Positions 53,939 to 62,330 of a stretch of 64,000 nt of DNA are shown here, piece after piece. Position 1 is the first letter of the stretch. Each line of letters opens with the position of its first letter. This DNA is from Planctomycetota bacterium (lineage in GTDB: Bacteria > Planctomycetota > Phycisphaerae > UBA1845): the NCBI GenBank assembly GCA_043803085.1, contig JAZDKM010000247.1:3315-67314 (forward strand). The letters are read 5' to 3'. The notes beneath the pieces were generated by a model. It was not told the origin of the DNA and ran no database searches. It saw only the letters and a program-made list of their open reading frames with translations. The translations under genes were made by a program, and so were the position numbers.

Positions 53939-56900
53939 TTACTGGCTCGCCTGGAGTCCGACGCGGTACTTCCAGCGCACCCCGTATAAATCGAAGTTGT
54001 CGTCGTCCGTATTGGCCGTCACTTCCACGTAGAGCACGTCGTCGGCGTCCAGGTCGAGGTCGTTGCCGATGCCCGTAGCGTTTGTGACCAGGTTGCACCA
54101 GGCCCGGGCCGCCCCGTTGGCGACCAGGATCGTGTCCGTCAGGATCGGCGCCGTATTGCCGTACTCGAAGACCCGCACGTCGATGTCCACCTGGGCCGCC
54201 TCCTGCTCCAGGATGTCGAATTGCAGGACGAGGTCGGCTTGCGTGCCGGTATCGATCCAGGTAGCCGGGAGCGGCAGGGTGAAGCGGAGCATATCCGCCC
54301 CTTCTGCCACGCTGACATAGCCCTCCGTAGCGCCGAGGCCATCGACGCCCGCCAGTCCGACGCCCAGATTGCCCATCCCGCCGCCGACGCGGATTTCCGT
54401 AGTGCTGACGCAGGAAACGGGGAATACCTGGTAGCGATGGGTCTTGCTGTTCGTACTGACGGTGATTCCGGTGGCCGTCGTGGTGCTCAAGGTGATATTG
54501 CCCGTGCCCGCTTTCAGGGCGAGCGAGGAGGCGGTCGTCTCATTGCCAAGTGTGACCGTCTGCTCGACGGCGTTGGAGAACAGGGCGACAGCCCCGGAAG
54601 CGGTCATCGTGAGATCGTCGGTGGACGTGATACTCATATCCCCCGTCCCGGACTGTACGACCGTGGCGGAGGCGTCCGTAGTGGAGCCGAGAGTAACAGT
54701 CTTGACGCCCGCCCCGTTGCCGACCCCGATGGCCTGGGCCCCCGCACCGCCAATCGTCACAGTCCCGGTCGTCGTGCCCGTCCCGATATTGGTCACGGCC
54801 CCGCCGGCCGTGGCGTTCAGGGAGAGCACCCCAGCCGTTGTGCCGGAAAGTATGGTGGTTGCAGAGGTTGTCGTATTGGAGCCCAGGGCCACAGTCTGCG
54901 CCCCGCCCCCATTGCCGATATTGATGGTATGGGCCCCTGTGCCCGTGCCGAGGTCCAGCTGCATACCGGCGCTGGATTCGCCCACTTTGACCGTGCCGGC
55001 CTGCGCAGCGTCCCCGATAGTGATCGTAGTGGCCGCCACACCGTCGATGGCGATGTTCCCGGTCCCGGCGTGCAGAGCAAGTGAGGTGGCGCCGGTCTCG
55101 TTGCCGAGGGTGATACCCTGAGCGACAGCCCGTGCCCCCAGGAGGAGAGCGTCGGTGGAGGCGACGTTCACATCGCCCGTACCACCGTAAAGAACGATGG
55201 ACCCGGCGGCTGCACCATCGCCGATGGCAATGGTCTTGGCCCCCGTGCCGCCCGTGCCGATGTTCACCGTACGGGCCCCGGTCCCGGTCCCTAAATCCAC
55301 TTGACCGGTAGCGCTCGATTCGCCGAATTTCATCGTGCCCGTCTGGTCGGTTTTGCCGACGGTGATGGTAGTCGCGGCCACGCCTTCCATTGCGATATTC
55401 CCAGTGCCCGCCTTCAAGGTGAGCGAGGAAGCGCCGGTCGCGTTCCCCACGTAGACATCCTGGGCCTGCGCTTTGGCCCCGACGAAGAGGTCGTCCGCAG
55501 AGACGATATTCACATCGCCCGTACCGCTGTAAAGGAAGGTAGCCCCGGCGCCGGCCTGGTCGCCAATCGTGATCGTCTTGGCCCCCGTCCCGCCGGTAGC
55601 GATATTGACGGTTCGAGCGCCGGTCCCGGTCCCCAGATCGACCTGGCCGGTCGCGCTGGACTCGCCAAACTTCACAGTTCCGGTCTGGTCGCTCTTACCA
55701 ACTGTGATCGTAGTGGCGGCGACGCCCTGCATATCGATATTGCCGGTCCCGGCGAACAAGCTCAAAGAGCTGGCCGCACTGATACTGCCGATATCGATGA
55801 CCTGGGCGGCCGTGCCGCCGTTGCCGATATTGATGGTGTGGGCGCCCGTGCCCGTGCCAAGATCGAGTTGCATGGCAGCACTGGACTCGCCCACCTTGAT
55901 CGTGCCGGTTTGGGCGGCGTCGCCGACCGTAATCGTAGTAGCAACCACGCCATCCATCGTGATATTGCCCGTGCCGGCGTAGAGCTTCAGGGAGCTTGCC
56001 CCGGTTTCGTTACCTACCGTGATGTCCTGGGCGGCGGAATTGGCCCCAACTTTGAGATCGTCGGTCGAGGTCAAGTTCAGGTCGCCCGTGCCGGACTGGA
56101 TCAGGATGGACCCGGCCGCGGCGGCGTCGCCGATTGTGATGGCCTTGGCCCCGGTCCCGCCCTGGCCGATATTGATCGTCATGGCCCCGCTCCCGCCGAT
56201 AGTGACGGTCCCGGTGGACGTACCGCCGTTGATGCTCGTATCGAAGTTGCTGCTGTCGTTGAGCGAGAGCGCCGCCCCGGAGACCGTCGCGCCGAGCGTC
56301 CCGGTGAGCAGGCCGTCCATGCCGATAGAGCCGATGTTCGTCATATTCCCGCCGGTCGAGATGTCCCAATCGGAGGAGTTGATGGCGACCGTGCCGGACC
56401 CGCCGCCGATAGCGGTGGCCCCGCTGCTCGTGCCGGTATTGATATTGGTCGGCTGGTTGTTGTTGACGTTGATGAGCACGCCGTTGGACCCGGAATTGAT
56501 CGTGGTCGTACTCGTGGTGTTCGTCGAGCCGAGCGTCACGCTCTTGGCCCCGGCCCCGCCGGCGATAGTCACCGTCTGGGCAGTGTCACCGTTGGCGATC
56601 CCGACCGTGCCGGTGGAAGTGCCGTTGGCGATATTGACGGGCTGGGCGGCGTTCGAGGCGTTGATATTGACGCCCCCGGAACCGGAATAGAGCGTCGTGG
56701 TTGAGGTCGTATTCGTGGAGCCAAGATTGACGGTCTTGGCCCCGGCCCCATTGCCGATGTTCAAAATTTGGGTCCCGGTCCCGCCGATCCCCACGGCCCC
56801 GGTCGTCGTCCCGCCGCCGATACTCGTGGTGTTCGTCGTGGCCGAATCGTTCAGACTGATCGTGCCGGCGGCCGTCAGGTCGGTAACACCGGAGACGGCC

Positions 56901-57487
56901 CCGGCCGCAATGTCGATCGTCGTACTGTTGAGGGCGAACGTACTGGTATCCGAACCCATTGCGATATCGGGAACGGTCCCGTTGGTCCACGACAGGACGT
57001 TCGTATAGGAGGCCACGGCCGTCAGATCGTAGACCTTGATGGAAGCCGACTGCGCCGTCGTCGTCGTGGACATGATGTCCACTCCGTTGTTCAGAGTGAC
57101 ATCACTCGTGATCGTCCCGCCGGCGAACGTCCCGCCGTTGGCGACCCAGGAGAGCACGCCCGCATCGGTGGAACTGAGGACCTTGCCGGTCACATCGGCA
57201 TAGGCGGTCGGCAGGGTCAAGATCAGGTCCGCCGACTGGTCCCCGCCCTGGATTTTGGTGTAATAGGTCGCCCCCGTGCTCTCCAGGATCGAGACAGCGT
57301 CAAAGGGGGAAGTGCCTTCATAGAGTCCCTCCAGCGTGCCCCACAGGTTGTAGAGCGGGTCGCTGGAAGTGGCGGAGCCGAGGTAGGCCCGGTTGTTCCG
57401 GTAGTAGTTCTGGTCGTAGGTCAGCGCCCCGAGGACCGGGGCGCTGCTCAGAACGGCCAGCAACAGCATGAACAGAATGCGTTTCAT
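53939..57487 (-). CDS. Large signal-peptide-bearing Gly/Thr-rich beta-repeat (fibre-like) protein
   Basis: 1182 aa; MKRILFMLLLAVLSSAPVLG|A; many GTG-x-TINIG repeats. Confidence 0.75.
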   Translation of the reverse strand: MKRILFMLLLAVLSSAPVLGALTYDQNYYRNNRAYLGSATSSDPLYNLWGTLEGLYEGTSPFDAVSILESTGATYYTKIQGGDQSADLILTLPTAYADVTGKVLSSTDAGVLSWVANGGTFAGGTITSDVTLNNGVDIMSTTTTAQSASIKVYDLTAVASYTNVLSWTNGTVPDIAMGSDTSTFALNSTTIDIAAGAVSGVTDLTAAGTISLNDSATTNTTSIGGGTTTGAVGIGGTGTQILNIGNGAGAKTVNLGSTNTTSTTTLYSGSGGVNINASNAAQPVNIANGTSTGTVGIANGDTAQTVTIAGGAGAKSVTLGSTNTTSTTTINSGSNGVLINVNNNQPTNINTGTSSGATAIGGGSGTVAINSSDWDISTGGNMTNIGSIGMDGLLTGTLGATVSGAALSLNDSSNFDTSINGGTSTGTVTIGGSGAMTINIGQGGTGAKAITIGDAAAAGSILIQSGTGDLNLTSTDDLKVGANSAAQDITVGNETGASSLKLYAGTGNITMDGVVATTITVGDAAQTGTIKVGESSAAMQLDLGTGTGAHTINIGNGGTAAQVIDIGSISAASSLSLFAGTGNIDMQGVAATTITVGKSDQTGTVKFGESSATGQVDLGTGTGARTVNIATGGTGAKTITIGDQAGAGATFLYSGTGDVNIVSADDLFVGAKAQAQDVYVGNATGASSLTLKAGTGNIAMEGVAATTITVGKTDQTGTMKFGESSATGQVDLGTGTGARTVNIGTGGTGAKTIAIGDGAAAGSIVLYGGTGDVNVASTDALLLGARAVAQGITLGNETGATSLALHAGTGNIAIDGVAATTITIGDAAQAGTVKVGESSAGMQLDLGTGTGAHTINIGNGGGAQTVALGSNTTTSATTILSGTTAGVLSLNATAGGAVTNIGTGTTTGTVTIGGAGAQAIGVGNGAGVKTVTLGSTTDASATVVQSGTGDMSITSTDDLTMTASGAVALFSNAVEQTVTLGNETTASSLALKAGTGNITLSTTTATGITVSTNSKTHRYQVFPVSCVSTTEIRVGGGMGNLGVGLAGVDGLGATEGYVSVAEGADMLRFTLPLPATWIDTGTQADLVLQFDILEQEAAQVDIDVRVFEYGNTAPILTDTILVANGAARAWCNLVTNATGIGNDLDLDADDVLYVEVTANTDDDNFDLYGVRWKYRVGLQASQ

Positions 57488-57528
57488 CGTAAAATCTCCC
57501 ATAGGAGTTGCTCTTGCTTGTTCGTTCG

Positions 57529-57999
57529 TCACGCGGTGTACCCGCTGGCCATCTTCTGGAGCCGCCCGGTCGGGCACAAAGGCCGCATCCCAAACCAGAC
57601 ATCGACCGTCAAGCCGGTCGCCGCCTCGCTGATAACGTCCCAGTGCACTTCCAGATACTTGTGCAGGCCCCAGCGGGGGAACGCGAGTGAGAACCGGGCT
57701 TTGGCCGTCAGCATGGCCGCCGTCAGCGGGGCGAGCACGGAACCCAGGGCGCCGAGGCAGATCAGCCCGCTGGAAAAGTCCACTGCATCGCTCGTAATCA
57801 CACTCAGAATGGCGCCGGAAGCCATGCCGCCGGCCGGCGTACCGACTTGGACATTGAACCAAATCTCACCGAGGCCCTCATCGGTTACTCCGCCCTCTTC
57901 CATATCGAAGAAGTTGTCGGCGGTGAAACTGTGCTTGTCGGTAGTCAGGGCCTCGTTGTCCCAGACTTCCCAATTTTTGTCGATCAGACTCATCGTCAT
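57529..57999 (-). CDS. Capsid cement protein (Bbp16-like)
   Basis: 156 aa directly after the capsid gene; LID...V...A, TSDAVDFSS, L..KYL pattern. Confidence 0.7.
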   Translation of the reverse strand: MTMSLIDKNWEVWDNEALTTDKHSFTADNFFDMEEGGVTDEGLGEIWFNVQVGTPAGGMASGAILSVITSDAVDFSSGLICLGALGSVLAPLTAAMLTAKARFSLAFPRWGLHKYLEVHWDVISEAATGLTVDVWFGMRPLCPTGRLQKMASGYTA

Positions 58000-58045
58000 A
58001 TCCTTTCAGACATCATTTGTCGGTTTCTCGTTATCAGGCCCCCCA

Positions 58046-59050
58046 TCAGGTGATGGGGCCCTCGCTGGTCGAGATGGCGTCGCAGCGGAAAATCGGCGCG
58101 CCCATGAACGTCAGGACCGGCACGCCGCTCAGGCCCTGCCCCACGTCGAAGTTGACGTTGTTCTTGTCCTTGAGCCGGACCTGCATCTGCGTCCTGATCT
58201 CTTTCGTACACAGGATGGTCGTGCCGCGCCGGAACTTGCCGAGGTTCAGCAATTCGATCAGGTCATTCTCGTCGAACGTGTTGGGGCCGCCGAGCGTGGC
58301 GTTGATATTGGCGATCCGGCCGATCCGCAGCTCGTCCCGAACGACGAGACCGAGATACCACTGGAAGAGGGTGCGGTAGACGAGCAGCCCCTTCGTGCTG
58401 TCGTCTTTCTCGGTGGTCCAGACTTTGCCGTTGCCGCCGTCCGCATTGGTGTCTATCACGAGTCCGTACTGCCCGCGCTCGACGCCGTCCGGGTAAATGA
58501 AGAAACAGGCGTCGGTATCGAAATCAATGACATAGATGGAAGTGCCGCCGGAATTGCCGCCGTCGATCACCATCGTCTGACTGAGCGTGGTGAGGTACTG
58601 CTGGAAGCCGTCGAACCGTTCCGGGTAACTCGTGGTCGTTCCGGTGATCAGGCTGCTCCAGACCTGCTCCGTCAGGCCCTGGACGAACGCCATGTCCTCC
58701 TGGCGCCGGGCCTGCTCACGTTTGGCGGACCCGCCGATGGAGTCGATCAGGTCGGCGTTCACTTCGGAGAGCGCCTTGAGCAGGGCGCAGTTGAAGGTCA
58801 CGACCTGAGTCGTGGAGGCTTGCGAAGCGACGCCTTCGCCGAACTTGATCCAACTGCCGGTCGGCAGACTGGTACGCCGGTTGACGATGTGCTGGTACAG
58901 GGGCTTGTTGCAGGGTACGGCCGGAATCCGGCTGATTTCCGGCAGTACCTGGTCCATGGCCTCGAAGATGGGCAGGAAATCGCCCTTCGGATCGAGGCGC
59001 TTGGCGAGTTCGCCGAAGCCGAGTTGGGATGCTACGTTGATTTCCGCCAT
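58046..59050 (-). CDS. Major capsid protein B (BPP-1 Bbp17-like)
   Basis: LAKRLDPKG, RTSLPTGSW..FGEGV, E.FDG, GTSIY, WYLGLVVRD..IGRIANI, G.PI.RCDAI..E. Confidence 0.9.
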   Translation of the reverse strand: MAEINVASQLGFGELAKRLDPKGDFLPIFEAMDQVLPEISRIPAVPCNKPLYQHIVNRRTSLPTGSWIKFGEGVASQASTTQVVTFNCALLKALSEVNADLIDSIGGSAKREQARRQEDMAFVQGLTEQVWSSLITGTTTSYPERFDGFQQYLTTLSQTMVIDGGNSGGTSIYVIDFDTDACFFIYPDGVERGQYGLVIDTNADGGNGKVWTTEKDDSTKGLLVYRTLFQWYLGLVVRDELRIGRIANINATLGGPNTFDENDLIELLNLGKFRRGTTILCTKEIRTQMQVRLKDKNNVNFDVGQGLSGVPVLTFMGAPIFRCDAISTSEGPIT

Positions 59051-59052
59051 TG

Positions 59053-59240
59053 CGGTACTCCTTACTCAACGAATCAAGTTGTCACTTGGGTCGGAGTAAG
59101 GAATCCGCACGCGGCGGGCTTGACTCCTGGCGCTTACGTGGGCGGCTTATCGCCCGCCCGTTTCTCTAAACGGGCCGAAGCATCAGGCCCTCTAGGTGAG
59201 GGGAATCTGAATTACGAATGGCCCTCTGGGCGAGGGGGTA
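59053..59240 (-). promoter_or_regulatory. Structured leader of capsid gene B
   Basis: Two CCCTC-N5-GAGGGCC hairpins and a CCTTACTC/GAGTAAGG stem that covers the RBS. Confidence 0.5.
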
Positions 59241-59244
59241 CTGC

Positions 59245-59580
59245 TTATCTCGGTAGTACGATCCTCCGGGGCCCTATCACTGCGGGCCCGCAGGCCGGCA
59301 GGGCCGTGAACAGGAAGTCGCCGCTCGCCGCGTCTTTCACGATCCGTACCGCGCAGTCGCGCGGGTATTGGCCCAGCACCTCTTTCGGGACGTGCAGGGC
59401 CGTCGTGCCTGTCATGCCCTGTAGTTGCGTCAGGGCCAGGTGCGCGATCGTGCGATAACGAATCACTTCCAGCCGCAGGGCCTTGACCTGCGGGTCCAGG
59501 CAGCAGCGCTTGTACTTCAAACCGCTCCCGCAGGGGCAGGGCCCGTTGCGGCCGACCGGACTGTTGTTCGGGGCGATCAT
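59245..59580 (-). CDS. SEC-C motif protein
   Basis: VGRNGPCPCGSGLKYKRCC. Confidence 0.8.
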   Translation of the reverse strand: MIAPNNSPVGRNGPCPCGSGLKYKRCCLDPQVKALRLEVIRYRTIAHLALTQLQGMTGTTALHVPKEVLGQYPRDCAVRIVKDAASGDFLFTALPACGPAVIGPRRIVLPR

Positions 59581-59831
59581 AAACACCTCAGCAGGTCGAT
59601 GACTATTGGTACTGCCACCAGGAGGACCGGCCCTGATACGAACGTGAGGGCCATACCGACAATCAGAACGGCATCCAGGGGCGTCACGCCAACAATCACG
59701 CCGCGCTCGTTGCGCGGTCCTCTGTTCATGCGCCACCACCACCATTCCCGCGCAAAGTACCACCGGACCTTGAGACTCGTCACAAACTCAGACAGTTTGT
59801 TCCTTTGGAGTTGGTCGTTCGGGGCGCTCAT
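59577..59831 (-). CDS. Small membrane protein
   Basis: C-terminal hydrophobic helices; coupled to the SEC-C gene. Confidence 0.45.
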   Translation of the reverse strand: MSAPNDQLQRNKLSEFVTSLKVRWYFAREWWWWRMNRGPRNERGVIVGVTPLDAVLIVGMALTFVSGPVLLVAVPIVIDLLRCL

Positions 59832-60140
59832 TATTTCCTCATCTTCGGAATTTCCCTATATGGCGGCGGGCGATATAATTCTTCGTCGAACTTCTTTTTC
59901 GCATGGTCCAGTGTATGCCGCAACCCCAGCAGACAACCGATGAATGTGCCGAGAAACACCAGCAACACCGTAATCCAGTCTTCCATCATTTCCGGCCCCT
60001 TGGCTTTGTGACTTGAGGGTGGATGCGTGCGCTTTCGCGAGCGTCCTGTGCGAGGACCGCCTCGGCCTCGGTATACCGCCGGGCCGCCGCGATGATCTCT
60101 CGCAGGGCTTGGGTTGCCTGTCGTTTTGCGGTTGCAGTAT

Positions 60141-60914
60141 TCATTTCTTCTCCCTCATCTCCGCATAGAGATTGCCGCCGCCCAACACCGGCCCACCGGA
60201 CGGGCCCGGCGCGCCGCCCGTGCCCATCTTCATAAGCGCGGCCTCGTACAACGCCCGCAGCAGCGGCAACTCGATCAGCCGGTCGCCGTGCATGATCCGG
60301 GCCGCGAACTTCTCCCAGCCGGCCGTATCGATCTTGCCGTCCTTCGTGAACTGGCCCTGGAGGTACTGCTTAACCAGCGTGAGCCGACTGGCCGCCAGGT
60401 CCTTATCGCCGCCGCAGTCTTCGTTGAGAAAGGTCTTGTAATTGTTGTCCGTCATGCCCTGAATGACCTTCTCGCGATGCGCATTCAGACGCCGGACGAG
60501 GCCCACCTGAACGTTCAGCAGGTCCTGCACCGTCTTCGGATCGACGCCCCGCTCGTGGGCCAGCTTGCGGAACTCGGTCATGCCCTCTTCGTCCACGAGC
60601 ACGTCCTCGGGCACTTCGATCTCGTAGCCCTCGGGCGTCTCCGGGACACCCCGGCGCTTGCGGTCCCAAGTCTCGATCTCGGCGGTCTGCTCCTTAGTCA
60701 ACTTGCCGGGACCGTCCGGCAGGTGATAGGGCTTGCCCAGCCGCTGCATCAGGTGATGATGGTCCTTGAAGGAGGCGTCCTCGTCCTTGAACTTGGCGAA
60801 GCTCTTGACCGCCTCCGGGTTCGCCCGGAAGTATTCGTGCTGCGCGTGCCAGGTCTCGCCGGTTTGACCGTCGGCGGCGGTATCCGCAACGGTTGTGGCA
60901 GCGGTATCAGTCAT
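60141..60914 (-). CDS. Capsid scaffolding protein B
   Basis: Start MTDTAATT; RGVPETPEGYEI...FRKLAHERGV pattern of BPP-1-like scaffolds. Confidence 0.75.
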   Translation of the reverse strand: MTDTAATTVADTAADGQTGETWHAQHEYFRANPEAVKSFAKFKDEDASFKDHHHLMQRLGKPYHLPDGPGKLTKEQTAEIETWDRKRRGVPETPEGYEIEVPEDVLVDEEGMTEFRKLAHERGVDPKTVQDLLNVQVGLVRRLNAHREKVIQGMTDNNYKTFLNEDCGGDKDLAASRLTLVKQYLQGQFTKDGKIDTAGWEKFAARIMHGDRLIELPLLRALYEAALMKMGTGGAPGPSGGPVLGGGNLYAEMREKK

Positions 60915-61252
60915 GGTTGTCCTCCTTGCTCTTGTTGCCCACCAGGCCCTTCCTGAACGCATTCTTCGACGGGCGGCGGCGGGGCGTACTTATCGACTAT
61001 CGCCTGGGCCGTCCGCTGCTCCTCGGGCGTCAGGCCACTGCGAATCCGGCCCTTACGATTGATGTACCTCCGCACGGCCGGGCACTTATCGCCCAGGGTT
61101 ACGAGAGGTTGGTCGGCCGGCAGGTCCTGCGGCGACGGCAGTACCGCCGCATCCGGCGGGGGCGCCGCAACCGGGGCGGCCCGGGCCCGCTGGAGCGCGA
61201 AGAACTCGTCCGGGTTGACCCAGCGACCCTGGAAGTCCAGTTTGACCGTCAT
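60911..61252 (-). CDS. Hypothetical protein
   Basis: Coupled ORF; KGRIRSGL motif. Confidence 0.45.
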   Translation of the reverse strand: MTVKLDFQGRWVNPDEFFALQRARAAPVAAPPPDAAVLPSPQDLPADQPLVTLGDKCPAVRRYINRKGRIRSGLTPEEQRTAQAIVDKYAPPPPVEECVQEGPGGQQEQGGQP

Positions 61253-61443
61253 AGTCCGTACTTCCGTAGGGCCTCTTCGCCCAGCGCCCGATGCTTCGGA
61301 CCCAGGCCGCCGCGCAACCGGCCCTTACGGGTCGTTACCTTGCGGATATCGCCGTCGTTCTTGTCCCAGGCCGCCTGGAACGAGAGCAACTCGTTCGCGT
61401 CGGGCGCCTGCTCCTCAGGGGTGCGGCTCGTTTGCTTCGCCAT
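61249..61443 (-). CDS. Hypothetical protein
   Basis: AAGGAG RBS; KGRLRGGL motif. Confidence 0.45.
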   Translation of the reverse strand: MAKQTSRTPEEQAPDANELLSFQAAWDKNDGDIRKVTTRKGRLRGGLGPKHRALGEEALRKYGL

Positions 61444-61720
61444 CGGTGGTTACTCCTTGAAAAGAGGTTCCGGTAATCGTGTCGATAATGGCCCGCGCCA
61501 CGTTGCGCAGGAGCACTTCCCGCGCCGGGCAGGCCACCAGTATCCGTTGCATGATATAGTTGTGAATGACAACCTCCTCGGCAGTCTTGGGCTGGTGGAA
61601 CACATAAGCCAGTTCCCCGACCAGCAGGTCCGGGCAACGCACGTAGACGCCGGACCACAACTGCCCGGTCTGCTCCAGTTGCCGCTGCCACTGCCGGTCG
61701 CGCTGGGCCCGGAACGTCAT
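61415..61720 (-). CDS. Small post-portal protein (Bbp19-like position)
   Basis: 101 aa between portal and scaffold. Confidence 0.45.
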   Translation of the reverse strand: MTFRAQRDRQWQRQLEQTGQLWSGVYVRCPDLLVGELAYVFHQPKTAEEVVIHNYIMQRILVACPAREVLLRNVARAIIDTITGTSFQGVTTDGEANEPHP

Positions 61721-61839
61721 CGCTTCCTCCTGCTCATCGCCCGGTGCGCCCGCCTGGCCTTCGCCACGCTCGAATAGGTCCGAATCTTCTTGCCCTTGCG
61801 GCGGCCGTGGCAGTGCAGAACAACTCTTCCTCTACGCAT
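61717..61839 (-). CDS. Very basic 40-aa peptide
   Basis: MRRGRVVLHCHGRRKGKKIRTYSSVAKARRAHRAMSRRKR; AAGGA RBS and ATGA coupling. Confidence 0.45.
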   Translation of the reverse strand: MRRGRVVLHCHGRRKGKKIRTYSSVAKARRAHRAMSRRKR

Positions 61840-61841
61840 CG

Positions 61842-62330
61842 TCAGTTTCCTTTATCCGCAACGACATCAAACCAGTCCTGGCAGACCGTGCAATGGTAGA
61901 TATGGCAGGTCCCGCCCAGCCGGTCCTGCGCCCAGGCATGGCCCCCGAGCCGCTCGCAAATCCGGCCCTCCTCGATCAACTTGTCGATCAACTCGTTCGG
62001 TACGTCCCAGAGGGCAAAGCCCTTCACATTCGGAAAAAGACAAGTGCCGTAAGGGGTAGGCAACTCCACGTCGTTGTAAGTCAAGAAAGAAGAAACAGTG
62101 GCCGGTGTGGCCGCGGAGACAGAGACAAGGTCATTCGTTTCGTCGTCAATGTCCGTGTCATTGCCGTTAGGCCCGTCCGAGTCAATGTCAATGTCCATAC
62201 TGAACGCGCCCGTAGTGTTGCCGAGCGACACTTGTCGAGATCGGTACGGAATAAAGGGGTTAGGGCCAAAGAACAATAGCCACCCAACGGCAAATACCAC
62301 CCCAACAATCGCAATCTTACGTTTCGTCAT
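61842..62330 (-). CDS. Membrane-anchored protein with C-terminal Cys/His cluster
   Basis: N-terminal TM helix; CERLGGHAW...CTVC. Confidence 0.5.
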   Translation of the reverse strand: MTKRKIAIVGVVFAVGWLLFFGPNPFIPYRSRQVSLGNTTGAFSMDIDIDSDGPNGNDTDIDDETNDLVSVSAATPATVSSFLTYNDVELPTPYGTCLFPNVKGFALWDVPNELIDKLIEEGRICERLGGHAWAQDRLGGTCHIYHCTVCQDWFDVVADKGN

